DNA of 64,000 bases, taken from contig JBHJHA010000017.1 of assembly GCA_050331235.1 (NCBI GenBank), positions 32,001 through 96,000 of the forward strand. The letters run 5' to 3'. This document shows positions 42,394 to 52,787 of this stretch, piece after piece. A model generated the notes under the pieces. It worked only from the letters and a program-made list of their open reading frames with translations. It had not been told where the DNA came from and made no database searches. How positions within the stretch are numbered: position 1 is the first letter of the stretch; every line of letters begins with the position of its first letter. This DNA is from Leptolyngbyaceae cyanobacterium (lineage in GTDB: Bacteria > Cyanobacteriota > Cyanobacteriia > Phormidesmidales > Phormidesmidaceae). Position numbers and translations under genes: made by a program.

Positions 42394-43314
42394 ATGAGGC
42401 CCCAATTGCCTGGTCATTATTTATCTAAGTGGACTTTCTCAATTTTGTGTCTGGGCCTCGGGCTGGGGGGCTTGGTGCTGCCCTGGGAAAGTCGCCAACC
42501 CCTGGGGGGGATCGCCCAAGCTGCGGAGTCCCTGTGCCCAGAGCCTGCCCTAGCCAGACTCACGACCCACACCGTACAGGCTGGGGAGACCATTGACAGC
42601 ATCGCCGCAGCCCATAATCTATTGCCGGTAACTCTACTGGCGATGAATCCGGCGACGCAACCAGGCACCGTTGCCCCAGGCACAACGTTGAAAATTCCCC
42701 CCTTTAATGGAGCCGCTGTCACCGTCGTATCGGGGCAAACCTGGCAAGATTTGGCTCTAGCCTACGGGGCCCGCGCCGACGTGCTCTTCGAGGTCAACGG
42801 CTGCCCTGCATCGATACCAGAGCAGATTTTCGTACCGGGTGTCAGTTGGCTGCTAGAAAACTCTTCGGCTGACTCGGCAACAATGGCAGAAAACAACGAT
42901 CCGCTATCGATCTATCCGCTGGCTGCCCCCGGTAACATTGTGGGCAATTATGGATGGCAAACTGATGCGGAGCAAGATGCACTGGTCTTTAGCAGCGGAG
43001 TCACGATTGCAGCCCCCAACGAGACCTCTGTTGTTGCCGCTGGGCGGGGCACTGTGGCCTATGTGGGCGAAGAGGGGGCACTGGGTTTACTTATCGTAGT
43101 GAACCATGACCAGGGGGTGCAAACCCGCTATGCTCAGGTCCGTGAAGCGGTCGTCGCGGTCGGGGATGCAGTGCAGGCGGGGCAGCCGTTGGCGATCGCC
43201 ACTCCCACTGTAGAGGATACAAGTCAGCTTTATTTTGAGGTGCGCACGAACTCGGCGTTGGGCTGGGTGGCCCGTGATCCTGGCCTCTACATTCCTGAAC
43301 TGGCGGTGCGGTAA
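42394..43314 (+). CDS. LysM plus peptidase M23-like protein with degenerate active site
   Basis: Signal/TM; LysM HTVQAGETIDSIA and VVSGQTWQDLA; M23 fold VVAAGRGTV...TRYAQ...LYFEVR. Confidence 0.85.
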   Translation: MRPQLPGHYLSKWTFSILCLGLGLGGLVLPWESRQPLGGIAQAAESLCPEPALARLTTHTVQAGETIDSIAAAHNLLPVTLLAMNPATQPGTVAPGTTLKIPPFNGAAVTVVSGQTWQDLALAYGARADVLFEVNGCPASIPEQIFVPGVSWLLENSSADSATMAENNDPLSIYPLAAPGNIVGNYGWQTDAEQDALVFSSGVTIAAPNETSVVAAGRGTVAYVGEEGALGLLIVVNHDQGVQTRYAQVREAVVAVGDAVQAGQPLAIATPTVEDTSQLYFEVRTNSALGWVARDPGLYIPELAVR

Positions 43315-43318
43315 TGTT

Positions 43319-43435
43319 TAATACTATTTTTGCGAATCACGATTACCCATAGATGCTTCAAAGTCCCTTTTTCAAGGGGGCAGCGACAGCGGGGGATCTT
43401 CGAATCTATGGCGCTATTACAGAGAGTTGGTATAA
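43319..43435. repeat. Small palindromic cyanobacterial dispersed repeat (MITE-like, degenerate)
   Basis: Core AAAGTCCCTTTTTCAAGGGGG...GGGGGATCT, inner arms CATAGAT/ATCTATG and end GAGAGTTGGTATAA; lies between convergent genes. Confidence 0.5.
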
Positions 43436-43527
43436 GCTACTGCGCGATCGCGGCGATTCACTAAGAGATTTTCATCTCTAGATAGCGGGGTTGTCGCAGG
43501 TGCTCGTGAATTTTTCTGGGCGTAGCT

Positions 43528-44643
43528 TCAGGGCACGTACAAGCTGCCGTCAGGCATGACCGCATCAATTAAGCAGGCGTCTTTGAGGTTAGCCCGCCAA
43601 ACATTGGCTTGGGAGAGGTCGGCCCCTGCTAAATTAGTGCCTTTGAGGTTGGTTTCGGAAAGGTTTGCCATCTTGAGGTCGGCAAAGCGCAGGTTGGCAC
43701 CCCGCAGGTCGGCTTGACGCATGATAGCTTCCCGCAAGTCGGCATTCTCTAAGTTGGCACCATTGAGCTGAGCTTGGTGCAGGTTAGCCCCAATCAGATT
43801 TGCCCCGATTAAGGTCGTGTTTTCTAGGCGGGCGCGACTTAAGTTTGCCATGCATAGATTCGTCAAACTGAGATTCGCAAAGGTGAGGTTAGCATCATGC
43901 AGGGCTGCGCCGATCATGTTGGCGGCGCTACAGATGGCAGAGCTCAAATCGACTTTATGCATCACCGCCTCTTGCAATGTAGCCATCGCAAAATTGGCCT
44001 AGCGGAGGTCGGCATTGTTGAGGGTGGCGCTGGTGAGATTACAGCGGCTCAGGTCGCTAGTGTAAAGCGCTGTATTGCTCAAATCTGCCCAGGCCAAATC
44101 GGCTTCGGCAAACTGGGCCATGCAGGCATCCGATTGGTTGAGTGAGGCATGGCGTAAATCGGCCTGGCGGAGCTGTGCTTCGCGCAGGATGCCCCGGGTC
44201 AAGTCCGCATGGGTCAGCACCGCAGCATTGAGTGTCGCCGTTTGAAGGCTGGCGTCATGGAGGGAGACTTCACGCAAATCGGCCCCCATCATATTGGCGC
44301 GATCAAGACGGGCATAGCTGAGGTTCGCTGTGTAAAAAAGCGCCTCGCGCAAATCTGCATCACAGAGATTCGCCGATCGCAAATCCGCCATGCAGCAGTC
44401 GGCCAGAGATAGATTGACGCGCGGCAGGTGAGCCTGACGCAGGTAGACCTCGCGCAGGTTAATCCGGGGTGGCCGAGACTCGATGACGGGTTCACGATTG
44501 GGCACCTGCGATCGCCATTGATTCCACTCATCTACTCCCAAATTGAGCATGCCCAAGGGATTCGTCGCTTGGGATGAGGACACTAGACTCGATCGGTGAA
44601 CGTTGGCAGGGGTTGGTGAGAACACGGGATTAGGGCCGCTCAA
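43528..44643 (-). pseudogene. Pentapeptide-repeat protein interrupted by one in-frame TAG (43999-44001)
   Basis: GVDEWNQWR N-terminus. The A(D/N)Lxx register continues across the stop (ADLR*-ANFAM-ATLQE), and the two ORF-track pieces are in the same frame. Start uncertain. Confidence 0.8.
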
Positions 44644-44824
44644 CTCGAAAATTGGACCATCGACGCCAGGTGCAGAAGGTGGTAGCCCTAGTCTGCCCAG
44701 GAACTGAACTTGGGTTTACCCTCTGCTCGATTGGCTAAGAGTTGAATAAATCCGCCATCGCTGTGGGACTTTCGTTAGTATGAGGGCTCCATACCGGCGC
44801 AAACTTTTTACTGACGGGTTTACT

Positions 44825-45259
44825 ATGACGGCTACGGCAATCACCCATCATCACCAGCAGGTGCTCGATCTCTCTACCCAAGGCAAATCCCTTCAGCGTT
44901 TTACCCAGCAGGTGCAGAGTGTTGTGCGGGCCTCGGGCATGACCCAAGGACTCTGTACTGTGTTTATTCGCCATACCTCAGCTAGCCTCATCATTCAAGA
45001 GAATGCCGACCCCGACGTACTGGTTGATCTTGAAAACTTTTTGTCAAAACTGGTGCCCGACGGCAATCATTATGTGCATAGTGCTGAGGGACCTGACGAT
45101 ATGCCAGCTCACATCCGTTCCGTGTTGACCAGCACCTCCCTATCGATTCCGGTGATGCGGGGGCAGTTGGCCCTAGGCACTTGGCAGGGCATTTATTTGT
45201 GGGAGCACCGCGATCGCGGTCATCATCGCGAAGTGGTTGTTCACATTATGGGAAACTGA
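44825..45259 (+). CDS. yjbQ: YjbQ/UPF0047 family protein
   Basis: HTSASLIIQENADPDV, EGPDDMPAHI and LGTWQGIYLWEH. Confidence 0.92.
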   Translation: MTATAITHHHQQVLDLSTQGKSLQRFTQQVQSVVRASGMTQGLCTVFIRHTSASLIIQENADPDVLVDLENFLSKLVPDGNHYVHSAEGPDDMPAHIRSVLTSTSLSIPVMRGQLALGTWQGIYLWEHRDRGHHREVVVHIMGN

Positions 45260-45263
45260 AGTC

Positions 45264-46202
45264 ATGGTTGAAAGTTTGGGCCTATCGGCGATTCCGACGG
45301 CACCGCCGGAGTTTCGCTCTGGCTTTGTGGGCATTGTTGGACGCCCGAATGTCGGTAAGTCAACCTTGATGAACTACTTGATTGGGCAAAAGGTGGCGAT
45401 CACCTCGCCCGTGGCCCAAACGACCCGCAATCGACTGCGGGGAATTTTGACGACGGATCAGGCGCAAATTATTTTTGTCGATACCCCCGGCATTCATAAG
45501 CCCCACCACGAACTGGGTAAGGTATTGGTGCACAATGCCCGCACCGCCATTGCCTCTGTTGATCTCGTGCTGTTTGTGGTCGATGGGGCAGTGCCGGCGG
45601 GGCGGGGCGATCGCTTCATCACCGAATTGCTGACCCAACAGCAGACCCCGGTATATTTGGGGATGAACAAGCTCGATCAACGATCGCCAGACGAAGCCGC
45701 TGTGATTGTTGAGAGCTATCAGGCGATCGCCACAGCGCAAGGATGGCCGCTATCTGAATTTTCTGCTATCACTGGGTCTGGTGTACCAGAGCTGCAAACC
45801 CAGCTCATTCAAGGACTAGAGCCCGGCCCCTACTACTATCCGCCGGATCTGGTCACCGATCAGCCCGAGCGCTTCATTATGGGTGAGCTAATTCGAGAGC
45901 AGGTTCTTTATCACACCCGCGAAGAGGTGCCCCATTCCGTCGCGATTGCCATTGACCGCGTAGAAGAAGACGAAAACATTACCCGCATTTTGGCAACGGT
46001 GCACGTGGAGCGCGATTCACAAAAGGGCATTCTCATCGGCAAAAAAGGCAGCATGATGAAGGCGATCGGGTCCGGGGCCCGAGAGCAGATGCAAAAGCTC
46101 ATTACGGGCAAGGTCTATCTGGAAATTTTTGTCAAAGTGCAGCCTAAGTGGCGGCAGTCCCGAGCCCAACTGGCCGAATTAGGCTACCGCCGCGAAGAGT
46201 AG
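45264..46202 (+). CDS. era: GTPase Era
   Basis: GRPNVGKST, QTTR, DTPG, NKLD and KH domain SQKGILIGKKG. Confidence 0.97.
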   Translation: MVESLGLSAIPTAPPEFRSGFVGIVGRPNVGKSTLMNYLIGQKVAITSPVAQTTRNRLRGILTTDQAQIIFVDTPGIHKPHHELGKVLVHNARTAIASVDLVLFVVDGAVPAGRGDRFITELLTQQQTPVYLGMNKLDQRSPDEAAVIVESYQAIATAQGWPLSEFSAITGSGVPELQTQLIQGLEPGPYYYPPDLVTDQPERFIMGELIREQVLYHTREEVPHSVAIAIDRVEEDENITRILATVHVERDSQKGILIGKKGSMMKAIGSGAREQMQKLITGKVYLEIFVKVQPKWRQSRAQLAELGYRREE

Positions 46203-46329
46203 CACTGAACTTTCCTCGGCTGAGGAGCCGTGGCACTGGCTCGTGGCTGCGGCTAGGCTGGATAAGCGAGGCTCTCCCCATCAGTGGCTGACTTGTCTAC
46301 ATTAAAGGCGTAGTGATGAGCGATCGCCC

Positions 46330-46812
46330 ATGTTTTTTCCCACCTCAACTGATTTGGCCAATATCTTTCAGGTCGCCAATTTGTCCGTGCTGCCGTTTTG
46401 GGCGTTGATGATTGTGTTGCCTAACTGGGGCGGCACCCGCTGGCTAATGCGGTCCTTTATTCCCTATGCGGCCCTAGCCAGTTTGTATGTCTATCTATTT
46501 GTCACCCTCGATGGCGGTGTCCTCACGGCGTTTTCTGACCCGGAGTTAGATTTGGCCAGCTTAGCGGGCATGTTTGCCAATCCCCACGTGATGGCGTTGG
46601 GCTGGGTGCATTTTTTAGTGATGGATTTGTTTGTGGGCCGCTGGATTTACTGGCAAGGTCAAGAAAATCGAGTATTCACCCGCCATTCCTTAGCCCTATG
46701 TCTATTTGCTGGACCGTTAGGACTGTTGGTGCATCTGATCACAGCGGCGATCGCCCGTAACTTCTTGCTAGATAAGGACGACAGCACACCTGCCGAACCC
46801 TCTGCTGTATGA
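46330..46812 (+). CDS. ABA4-like (DUF4281) membrane protein
   Basis: LPFWALMI, GWVHFLVMDLFVGRWIY and LFAGPLG. Confidence 0.88.
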   Translation: MFFPTSTDLANIFQVANLSVLPFWALMIVLPNWGGTRWLMRSFIPYAALASLYVYLFVTLDGGVLTAFSDPELDLASLAGMFANPHVMALGWVHFLVMDLFVGRWIYWQGQENRVFTRHSLALCLFAGPLGLLVHLITAAIARNFLLDKDDSTPAEPSAV

Positions 46813-46885
46813 AATCTGATTGACAGCAGTTCCAAGACGGTGGTTAATTAACTTCATTTAGGTTCTGTGAAACTGGGGTTGACCT

Positions 46886-48574
46886 ATGGTGTCTTTTGTC
46901 GGATCTCGTTGGCAGCAGCGATGTCGAGTTTGGTCACGTCGCCCGTGGCGATCGCGGCTGCGCTTTAGCGCCCTTTTGACCCTGTGTCTGACCTTTGTCA
47001 TTGCCTGCACAGGCAGTCCGACCGCGGATTCTAACCCCAGTACTGACGCTGGCGCCGAAGCCACAGGTAATCGGATTTCCATGGGCACCACGCTCACCGC
47101 TCGCACCCTAGATCCGGCCGATGCCTACGAAATCTTTCCTGGCATTTTGCTGCATAATCTCGGCGATCAGCTCTATGCCTATGAACCGGGCACCACAGAT
47201 TTGATCCCCCAGTTAGCCACGGAAATGCCCACCGTCAGTGACGACGGTTTGACCTATACCATTCCCCTGCGGGAGAGGGTTGTTTTTCACGATGGCACTC
47301 CTTTTAATGCGGAGGCGATGGCCTTTTCCCTCCAACGGTTTATGAAAAATGGTGGACGTCCGGCGTTTTTGCTGGCTGATCGCATTGAGTCGGTTGAGGC
47401 CACCGGTGAATATGAGTTAACGATTACCCTGAATTCCCCCTTTGCCGCTTTTACCGCCTTAATGACATTTTGGGGGGTGACGCCAGTCCCGCCAGACGCC
47501 TATGAAATCGCCGAAGGTAGCTTTATCCCTGACAGCTTTATTGGCACTGGTCCCTATAAGTTGGCGGCGTTCAACAGCGACTCCATCCAACTGGAGGTCA
47601 ATGAAGATTACTGGGGAGAGCAGCCAGCCAACGATGGCATCGATATTCAAATTTTCAGCAGTCCGGCCAATCTCTACAACACCTTTAAGACCCAAGGGGT
47701 TGATGTCGCTTACCAAACCCTCGATCCCGAGCAAATTGCTGATTTAGAACGTCAAGCGGACTCTGGCGACTGGCAGGTCATCGAAGCGGGTACCACGGTA
47801 GTCAACTACATGAGCCTGAACCAAAAAATTGCGCCCCTAGATGATGTCAAAGTGCGACAGGCGATCGCCGCCATGATTGACCGTGACTTGGTCAATGAGC
47901 GCGTCTTCCAAGGCCAGGCCGAGCCGCTGTATAGTCTGATTCCCACTAGCTTTGAGGTCTATGAGCCGGTTTTACAAGAGGCCTATGGCGATGGCAACTT
48001 TGAGCTGGCAGAAAAGTTGCTGCGAGAGGCCGGCTTTTCTGAGGATAATCCGCTGAACTTTGAAATCTGGTATCCCTCGGCCTCTACGACTCGCAGCGTT
48101 GTGGCTAACACCCTAAAGGAGGCGTTTGAAACTGGGCTGCCTGGATTGATTACTGTAACTGTGCAAACGGCGGAAAGCGCCACGCTGTGGGGCAACGTAG
48201 ATAAAGGTGTTTATCCTTCCGTACTCGCCAACTGGTATCCCGACTATTACGATGTCGATACCTTCGTGCAGCCGTTTCTAAGCTGTGAAAAGGGTTCAGA
48301 GGAAGCTCTGTGTGAAGAAGGTGCTAGTCAGGGTAATGGCTCGTTTTACTACAGTGAAAAAGCCAATGAGCTGGTGCAAGCTCAACAATCTGAGCAAGAC
48401 CCTGAGGCGCGCAAAATCATCATTCAAGATTTGCAAGCCCTTTTACAGGACGATGTGCCCTATATTCCACTGTGGCAAAACAAGGATTACGTTTTTGCTC
48501 AAAATGGTGTCGAAGGGGTCGCCATCCAGCCCACTCAACAGTTTTTGATGTGGCAAATGAGCAAAGACAGCTGA
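46886..48574 (+). CDS. ABC transporter substrate-binding lipoprotein, family 5 (peptide/nickel type)
   Basis: Lipobox VIAC, TLDPA, FHDGTPFNAE, GTGPYKL and VRQAIA. Confidence 0.92.
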   Translation: MVSFVGSRWQQRCRVWSRRPWRSRLRFSALLTLCLTFVIACTGSPTADSNPSTDAGAEATGNRISMGTTLTARTLDPADAYEIFPGILLHNLGDQLYAYEPGTTDLIPQLATEMPTVSDDGLTYTIPLRERVVFHDGTPFNAEAMAFSLQRFMKNGGRPAFLLADRIESVEATGEYELTITLNSPFAAFTALMTFWGVTPVPPDAYEIAEGSFIPDSFIGTGPYKLAAFNSDSIQLEVNEDYWGEQPANDGIDIQIFSSPANLYNTFKTQGVDVAYQTLDPEQIADLERQADSGDWQVIEAGTTVVNYMSLNQKIAPLDDVKVRQAIAAMIDRDLVNERVFQGQAEPLYSLIPTSFEVYEPVLQEAYGDGNFELAEKLLREAGFSEDNPLNFEIWYPSASTTRSVVANTLKEAFETGLPGLITVTVQTAESATLWGNVDKGVYPSVLANWYPDYYDVDTFVQPFLSCEKGSEEALCEEGASQGNGSFYYSEKANELVQAQQSEQDPEARKIIIQDLQALLQDDVPYIPLWQNKDYVFAQNGVEGVAIQPTQQFLMWQMSKDS

Positions 48575-48933
48575 CCCAATGGATCGGCCGATTAAGAATT
48601 GACTATTCATCGCGATTTATCGGCTTTTGTCCTAAGCTTGGAAAGTTAGATCTTAGTGGTGAGCGTGGTTAATCCGACAATCGCGCTCAATCACATTGGG
48701 AAGTTTTGTCTGTCTGCTTACACCTGCTTGACCACGTCAATTAGGTGGTTTGATATTTACCGCTGTTTTTCCCAAAGATGGAAAAAAGGGGCGCCGCAGC
48801 GGCGATCGCCCATCGTTTGCAGGAACAAACGGTATAACATTTAGCCAATATTGTCACGAACGTAACAGTGCTCCAACTGGAGAGTTTCGCTCAGCGATTA
48901 GAATCAATGCACACTTACTGATGATTGCGTTTC

Positions 48934-49557
48934 ATGACCGTTGCTTGGAATCATAAATCCGATAAAGCTGCCCAAATTCTTAATGGTGCGCTTCAAGAGT
49001 TTTTGGCGCATGGCTATGCGGGAACCAGTATGGATCGGGTGGCGACTACGGCGGGCGTCTCTAAGCCGACGGTCTACAACCACTTTCAAGATAAAGAAGG
49101 ACTGTTTCGAGCGCTGGTGCAAAAAATTGCGCGCGAACGCTGTCAAATTAAGTTTAATCCAGACGGATTTGGCGATCCACCGGCTGAGTCGCTTCCCCGT
49201 TTACTCGGTTTAATGGTGGAAACAATCGCTGACGATCATGAATATCAGGATTTTGTCCGCTTAGTGATCGGTGAGTCAGGCCGGTTTCCTGAGCTAGCCA
49301 GAACGTTTGTCACCTATCTGTCTAAACCTGGTCTGGAGCTGATGCAAACCTATCTTGAGCAGCACCCGGAATTTGGCTTTGCTGACTCCCAGGCGATCGC
49401 TCAAATCATTCTGGGATCCGTCGTTTACATGTGCCTGACTCAGCACATTTTGCATGGACGGGACATTATGCCCCTCAGCAAAGAGCATTATATTGAAACC
49501 ATGGTGGGCCTGATGTTAAAGTCAGCCATTGCCGATGCAGTTCACGATGATCGCTAA
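48934..49557 (+). CDS. TetR/AcrR family transcriptional regulator
   Basis: GYAGTSMDRVATTAGVSKPTVYNHFQDKEGLF helix-turn-helix. Confidence 0.95.
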   Translation: MTVAWNHKSDKAAQILNGALQEFLAHGYAGTSMDRVATTAGVSKPTVYNHFQDKEGLFRALVQKIARERCQIKFNPDGFGDPPAESLPRLLGLMVETIADDHEYQDFVRLVIGESGRFPELARTFVTYLSKPGLELMQTYLEQHPEFGFADSQAIAQIILGSVVYMCLTQHILHGRDIMPLSKEHYIETMVGLMLKSAIADAVHDDR

Positions 49558-49722
49558 GAGCCCTCTCAGTTCGACAGGCTGTAGCTATGCAGATAGTGAC
49601 ATCGGGGTCAAAAGTTTTAGGGCAGGGGCCCAGTGTGGGTAATCATAAGTGACTGATCGTCAGTATTGCTGGGGCAAATCTGCTAGCGGTATCCGCAACT
49701 GTTTTCTACAGCCTGACGTCTG

Positions 49723-50394
49723 ATGTTTCAGTTACCGAAATTTTACGAGGCTGATCTCCTTATCCACGCCATGACCCATAAGTCTTATGCTCGAGAGCAT
49801 CCCGAGGCCAAAGCGGATAATGAGCGCTTAGAGTTTTTGGGTGATGCCATTCTGACGTTCTTGTGCGGTGAATTCTTATTTGCCCGCTACCCGGATTGTG
49901 ACGAGGGCAAGTTGACTGCGCTGCGTGCTTCTCTGGTGGATGCGACTCAGCTCGGTGATTTTGCTCGCAAGTTGCGGTTGCAGGATCATCTGCGGTTGGG
50001 CAAAGGCGTTGAGGGTAGCGGTGGCCGCCAAAATATTCGTCTGCTAAGCAGCGCTTTTGAAGCCCTGGTGGGCGCCTATTTTTTAGATCAGCGATCGCAG
50101 GTAGAACCCGTAAGAAACTTCGTCTTTCCACTCTTTGAGTCTGTGGTGGAGGCTCGCGCTGACCCAACTCAGAATATTAACGAAAAGAGCACTCTACAAG
50201 AATGGTCACTGGCCCAAACTGGAACGATTCCAACCTATGCGATTATTGCTGAATCCGGCCGCGACCACGCTAAACAATTCACAGCAATTGTACGGATAGC
50301 GGGGCAAACCCATGGGCAAGGAAGAGGACGCCGCAAACAAGATGCCGAAAAAGCTGCTGCCCGAGCGGCATTAGACGCTCTCAATTTACTGTGA
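49723..50394 (+). CDS. rnc: Ribonuclease III
   Basis: NERLEFLGDAIL signature, FEALVGA and C-terminal dsRBD. Confidence 0.95.
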   Translation: MFQLPKFYEADLLIHAMTHKSYAREHPEAKADNERLEFLGDAILTFLCGEFLFARYPDCDEGKLTALRASLVDATQLGDFARKLRLQDHLRLGKGVEGSGGRQNIRLLSSAFEALVGAYFLDQRSQVEPVRNFVFPLFESVVEARADPTQNINEKSTLQEWSLAQTGTIPTYAIIAESGRDHAKQFTAIVRIAGQTHGQGRGRRKQDAEKAAARAALDALNLL

Positions 50395-50429
50395 AGCCTG
50401 TTACTGTGCCGAGCGATTTCCGCGGCAGC

Positions 50430-51683
50430 TCAACCTCGGGCGAGGGCTGCTGGTGAGCTAAATGTCTGGGTGTGGACCTGAGTTTTGCTGACAAGCTTGC
50501 CAGCTTTAAAGACCGTGCGGCCGGGGGGCGCCGTTGCGATCGCCGTCGAGGCATCCGGCGCCTCTAGCAGCACGAGATCCGCTACGTTACCTGGAGCAAT
50601 GCCGTAATTAGCGATGCCGATGGCCTGAGCGGAGCATCGAGTCAGGATATCCATACACAGTTCGTGATGGTCGGTGGTGCCTAACTGCAACACTTGCGCC
50701 AGCAGTGTACCTATTTTGAGCATGTCGCCCTCCCCAAAGGGCGTGAATAGGTTTTGTACATTATTAGTCGCGGTGCCGACGGTGACTCCGAAGTTGTGAA
50801 GCTGGTGGAGCGGCGCCACGCCTCGGCGCACATTGTGGGTATCGCGGCGTGCCATCATATACAAGTCAGACGCTGGCAAGGCCAAAATCGCAATTCCCGC
50901 CGCCTGTAGTTCCTTAGCGATCGCCGCCAAGTCTTCAGGTGCAAGGCCGGCCAATTTGGTCATGTGGCCCAAACAAACACGTCCATGCCACTGACGTTTG
51001 TGGGTTTCGGCAATAACGATGGGTAACTGTAGCGGCGCATCATCATCCAAAAAATCTAAATGAAAATCGACATCGCAATCAAATTCTTCGGCGATATCGA
51101 AAATGATTTCAATATTCCGCTGTGGATCAGGGTCGATGTAGGGCGCGGAGCCGATTACATCGCCGCCCATGCTCATTGCCTCTCTCAAGATCGCCTCAGC
51201 GCCAGGTTGATGGGTGATTCCCTCTTGGGCAAAGACCGCAAGCTGTAATGAAATTTGGTTGGCATATGCCAGTTTCAGCGGTGAGAGTGCCGCCATGGAC
51301 ATCGTTCCTAAAATGGGGTCGACTTCCACATGGCTTCGCATCGCCGTGGTGCCAAAGGCGATCGCCCGGTCCAAGACGGTGGTGGCGCGACGTTGAATAT
51401 CCGCAACCGTGTAGTTTGCCTTCAGCTGCGACGTTGTCTGTAGTGCTTCGGCAAAATTGCCAGTTTGTGCTGGTGCCTGAGATAGTAAAAAGGCTTTATC
51501 AAGATGCATGTGTGCATCAACGAAGCCTGGAACCAAAAGTTGCCCCTGAGCATCGATTGAGCATTGGGCCTTCATGGTAAGGCGAGGCTGCACCTGGGTA
51601 ATCGCTCCCTGGTCAATGGCGATCGCCCAATGGCCCCTACGACCGATTAAAGCGGCATTTTCAATCAATAACTCTACGGACAT
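50430..51683 (-). CDS. Amidohydrolase, cytosine deaminase (CodA)-like
   Basis: PGFVDAHMHLDKA, RSHVEV, DFHLD, LGH and ADLVLL; substrate uncertain. Confidence 0.85.
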   Translation of the reverse strand: MSVELLIENAALIGRRGHWAIAIDQGAITQVQPRLTMKAQCSIDAQGQLLVPGFVDAHMHLDKAFLLSQAPAQTGNFAEALQTTSQLKANYTVADIQRRATTVLDRAIAFGTTAMRSHVEVDPILGTMSMAALSPLKLAYANQISLQLAVFAQEGITHQPGAEAILREAMSMGGDVIGSAPYIDPDPQRNIEIIFDIAEEFDCDVDFHLDFLDDDAPLQLPIVIAETHKRQWHGRVCLGHMTKLAGLAPEDLAAIAKELQAAGIAILALPASDLYMMARRDTHNVRRGVAPLHQLHNFGVTVGTATNNVQNLFTPFGEGDMLKIGTLLAQVLQLGTTDHHELCMDILTRCSAQAIGIANYGIAPGNVADLVLLEAPDASTAIATAPPGRTVFKAGKLVSKTQVHTQTFSSPAALARG

Positions 51684-51788
51684 AGGCGGCTTACTAGGTT
51701 CATAACGGCATCTCAACGTTAAAGAGGAGGTCATTCATCGCTACTCTCCTCATAGTTTAGATGTGAACATCATCCTTTAAAGTCAGTT

Positions 51789-51824
51789 GCCCCAGGTCGG
51801 TTCTCAAACCTGACCTGGGGCTTT
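51789..51824. terminator. GC-rich hairpin between the NfeD-like and amidohydrolase genes
   Basis: GCCCCAGGTC...GACCTGGGGC followed by TTT on the + strand. Confidence 0.55.
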
Positions 51825-51858
51825 ACTCAGTTACGACAACCGCTCGCAGTCAAAGGAA

Positions 51859-52173
51859 TCAGCAATCCACGCAGACTTCTGCAGGCTCGACAACCAAGAT
51901 GTTGGTGCGGCGGCCCAGAACTTTCACCCGCGTGCCCTCGGCAATGGTGATTGGGCGATCGCACAAAGCCCGCCAGCGGACGCCTTGAAATTTCACTCGG
52001 CCGAGCTGCCCCGGCTGAATGGTTGTTTGCACGGTAGCGGCAGCCTCCGACTGGGTGTACCAGGCTTCCGGATCGCCGTTGAAAGAGTTGTTGGTCAAGG
52101 GATGTGTGGTTTCGAAGAAAGTAGAAGTCGTCTCCTCAATGTCTGAACTAAAAAGCGTTTTGAGTAAGTTCAT
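51859..52173 (-). CDS. Soluble NfeD-like C-terminal OB-fold protein
   Basis: GRVKFQGVRWRA...GTRVKVLGRRTNILVVEP; no TM segment. Confidence 0.85.
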   Translation of the reverse strand: MNLLKTLFSSDIEETTSTFFETTHPLTNNSFNGDPEAWYTQSEAAATVQTTIQPGQLGRVKFQGVRWRALCDRPITIAEGTRVKVLGRRTNILVVEPAEVCVDC

Positions 52174-52787
52174 GGTGATCTCCCTTAGAGAACCACCTTA
52201 AGGCTAGTGATTTCCCTGAGGATTCCTCAATGCTTTTTGCCGCAGATTCATTGCAGAAAAGAACAGCTGCCGCTCCCCAAAACGTTGAAATGGCTGCGCC
52301 TACACTCAGTATCGCAGCGATCGCTTACTGTAGAATCTTGCTGCTCAGCCTGCTAAAGCTGTTGTGCCGGTACCTCCGCTAGGCGGCACTCCGCCTTGGG
52401 GAATGTAATCTGCCACAAATAATGGATTACCACTCCACATGCAAACGGCTAGGGCAAATGCACCTATGACGACACCCGAACCCTTGAGAGCCCAAAGAGA
52501 CATAGCCGACACCTACAACTCAATGGTTCAATTGTACCATTTGCGTCATGTGCGGAGCGACATTGCCTTAGGTTAGCTAATGCCCATTCCTGAGGTCGAG
52601 GTTCTGCCGGTGGGGGGCTCCCCGCCTTGGGGCACATAGTCGGCAACTGACTCGTGATGGACCGAAAAACTAGCGCTGAGAATAAATGCAAGGATTGCGA
52701 TTATTTGCAGCTTTGTCGAGCTTAAATGAAATTTGATCATGGTTACGAGCTCCCTGTAGGTGAAATTCTGAATGTGACTAGCGAAAA

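Noticed and set aside
49680..49710. CCGCAACTGT resembling part of a cobalamin riboswitch (similar at about 62906)
   Set aside because: The other conserved elements are absent and the downstream genes are unrelated to B12.
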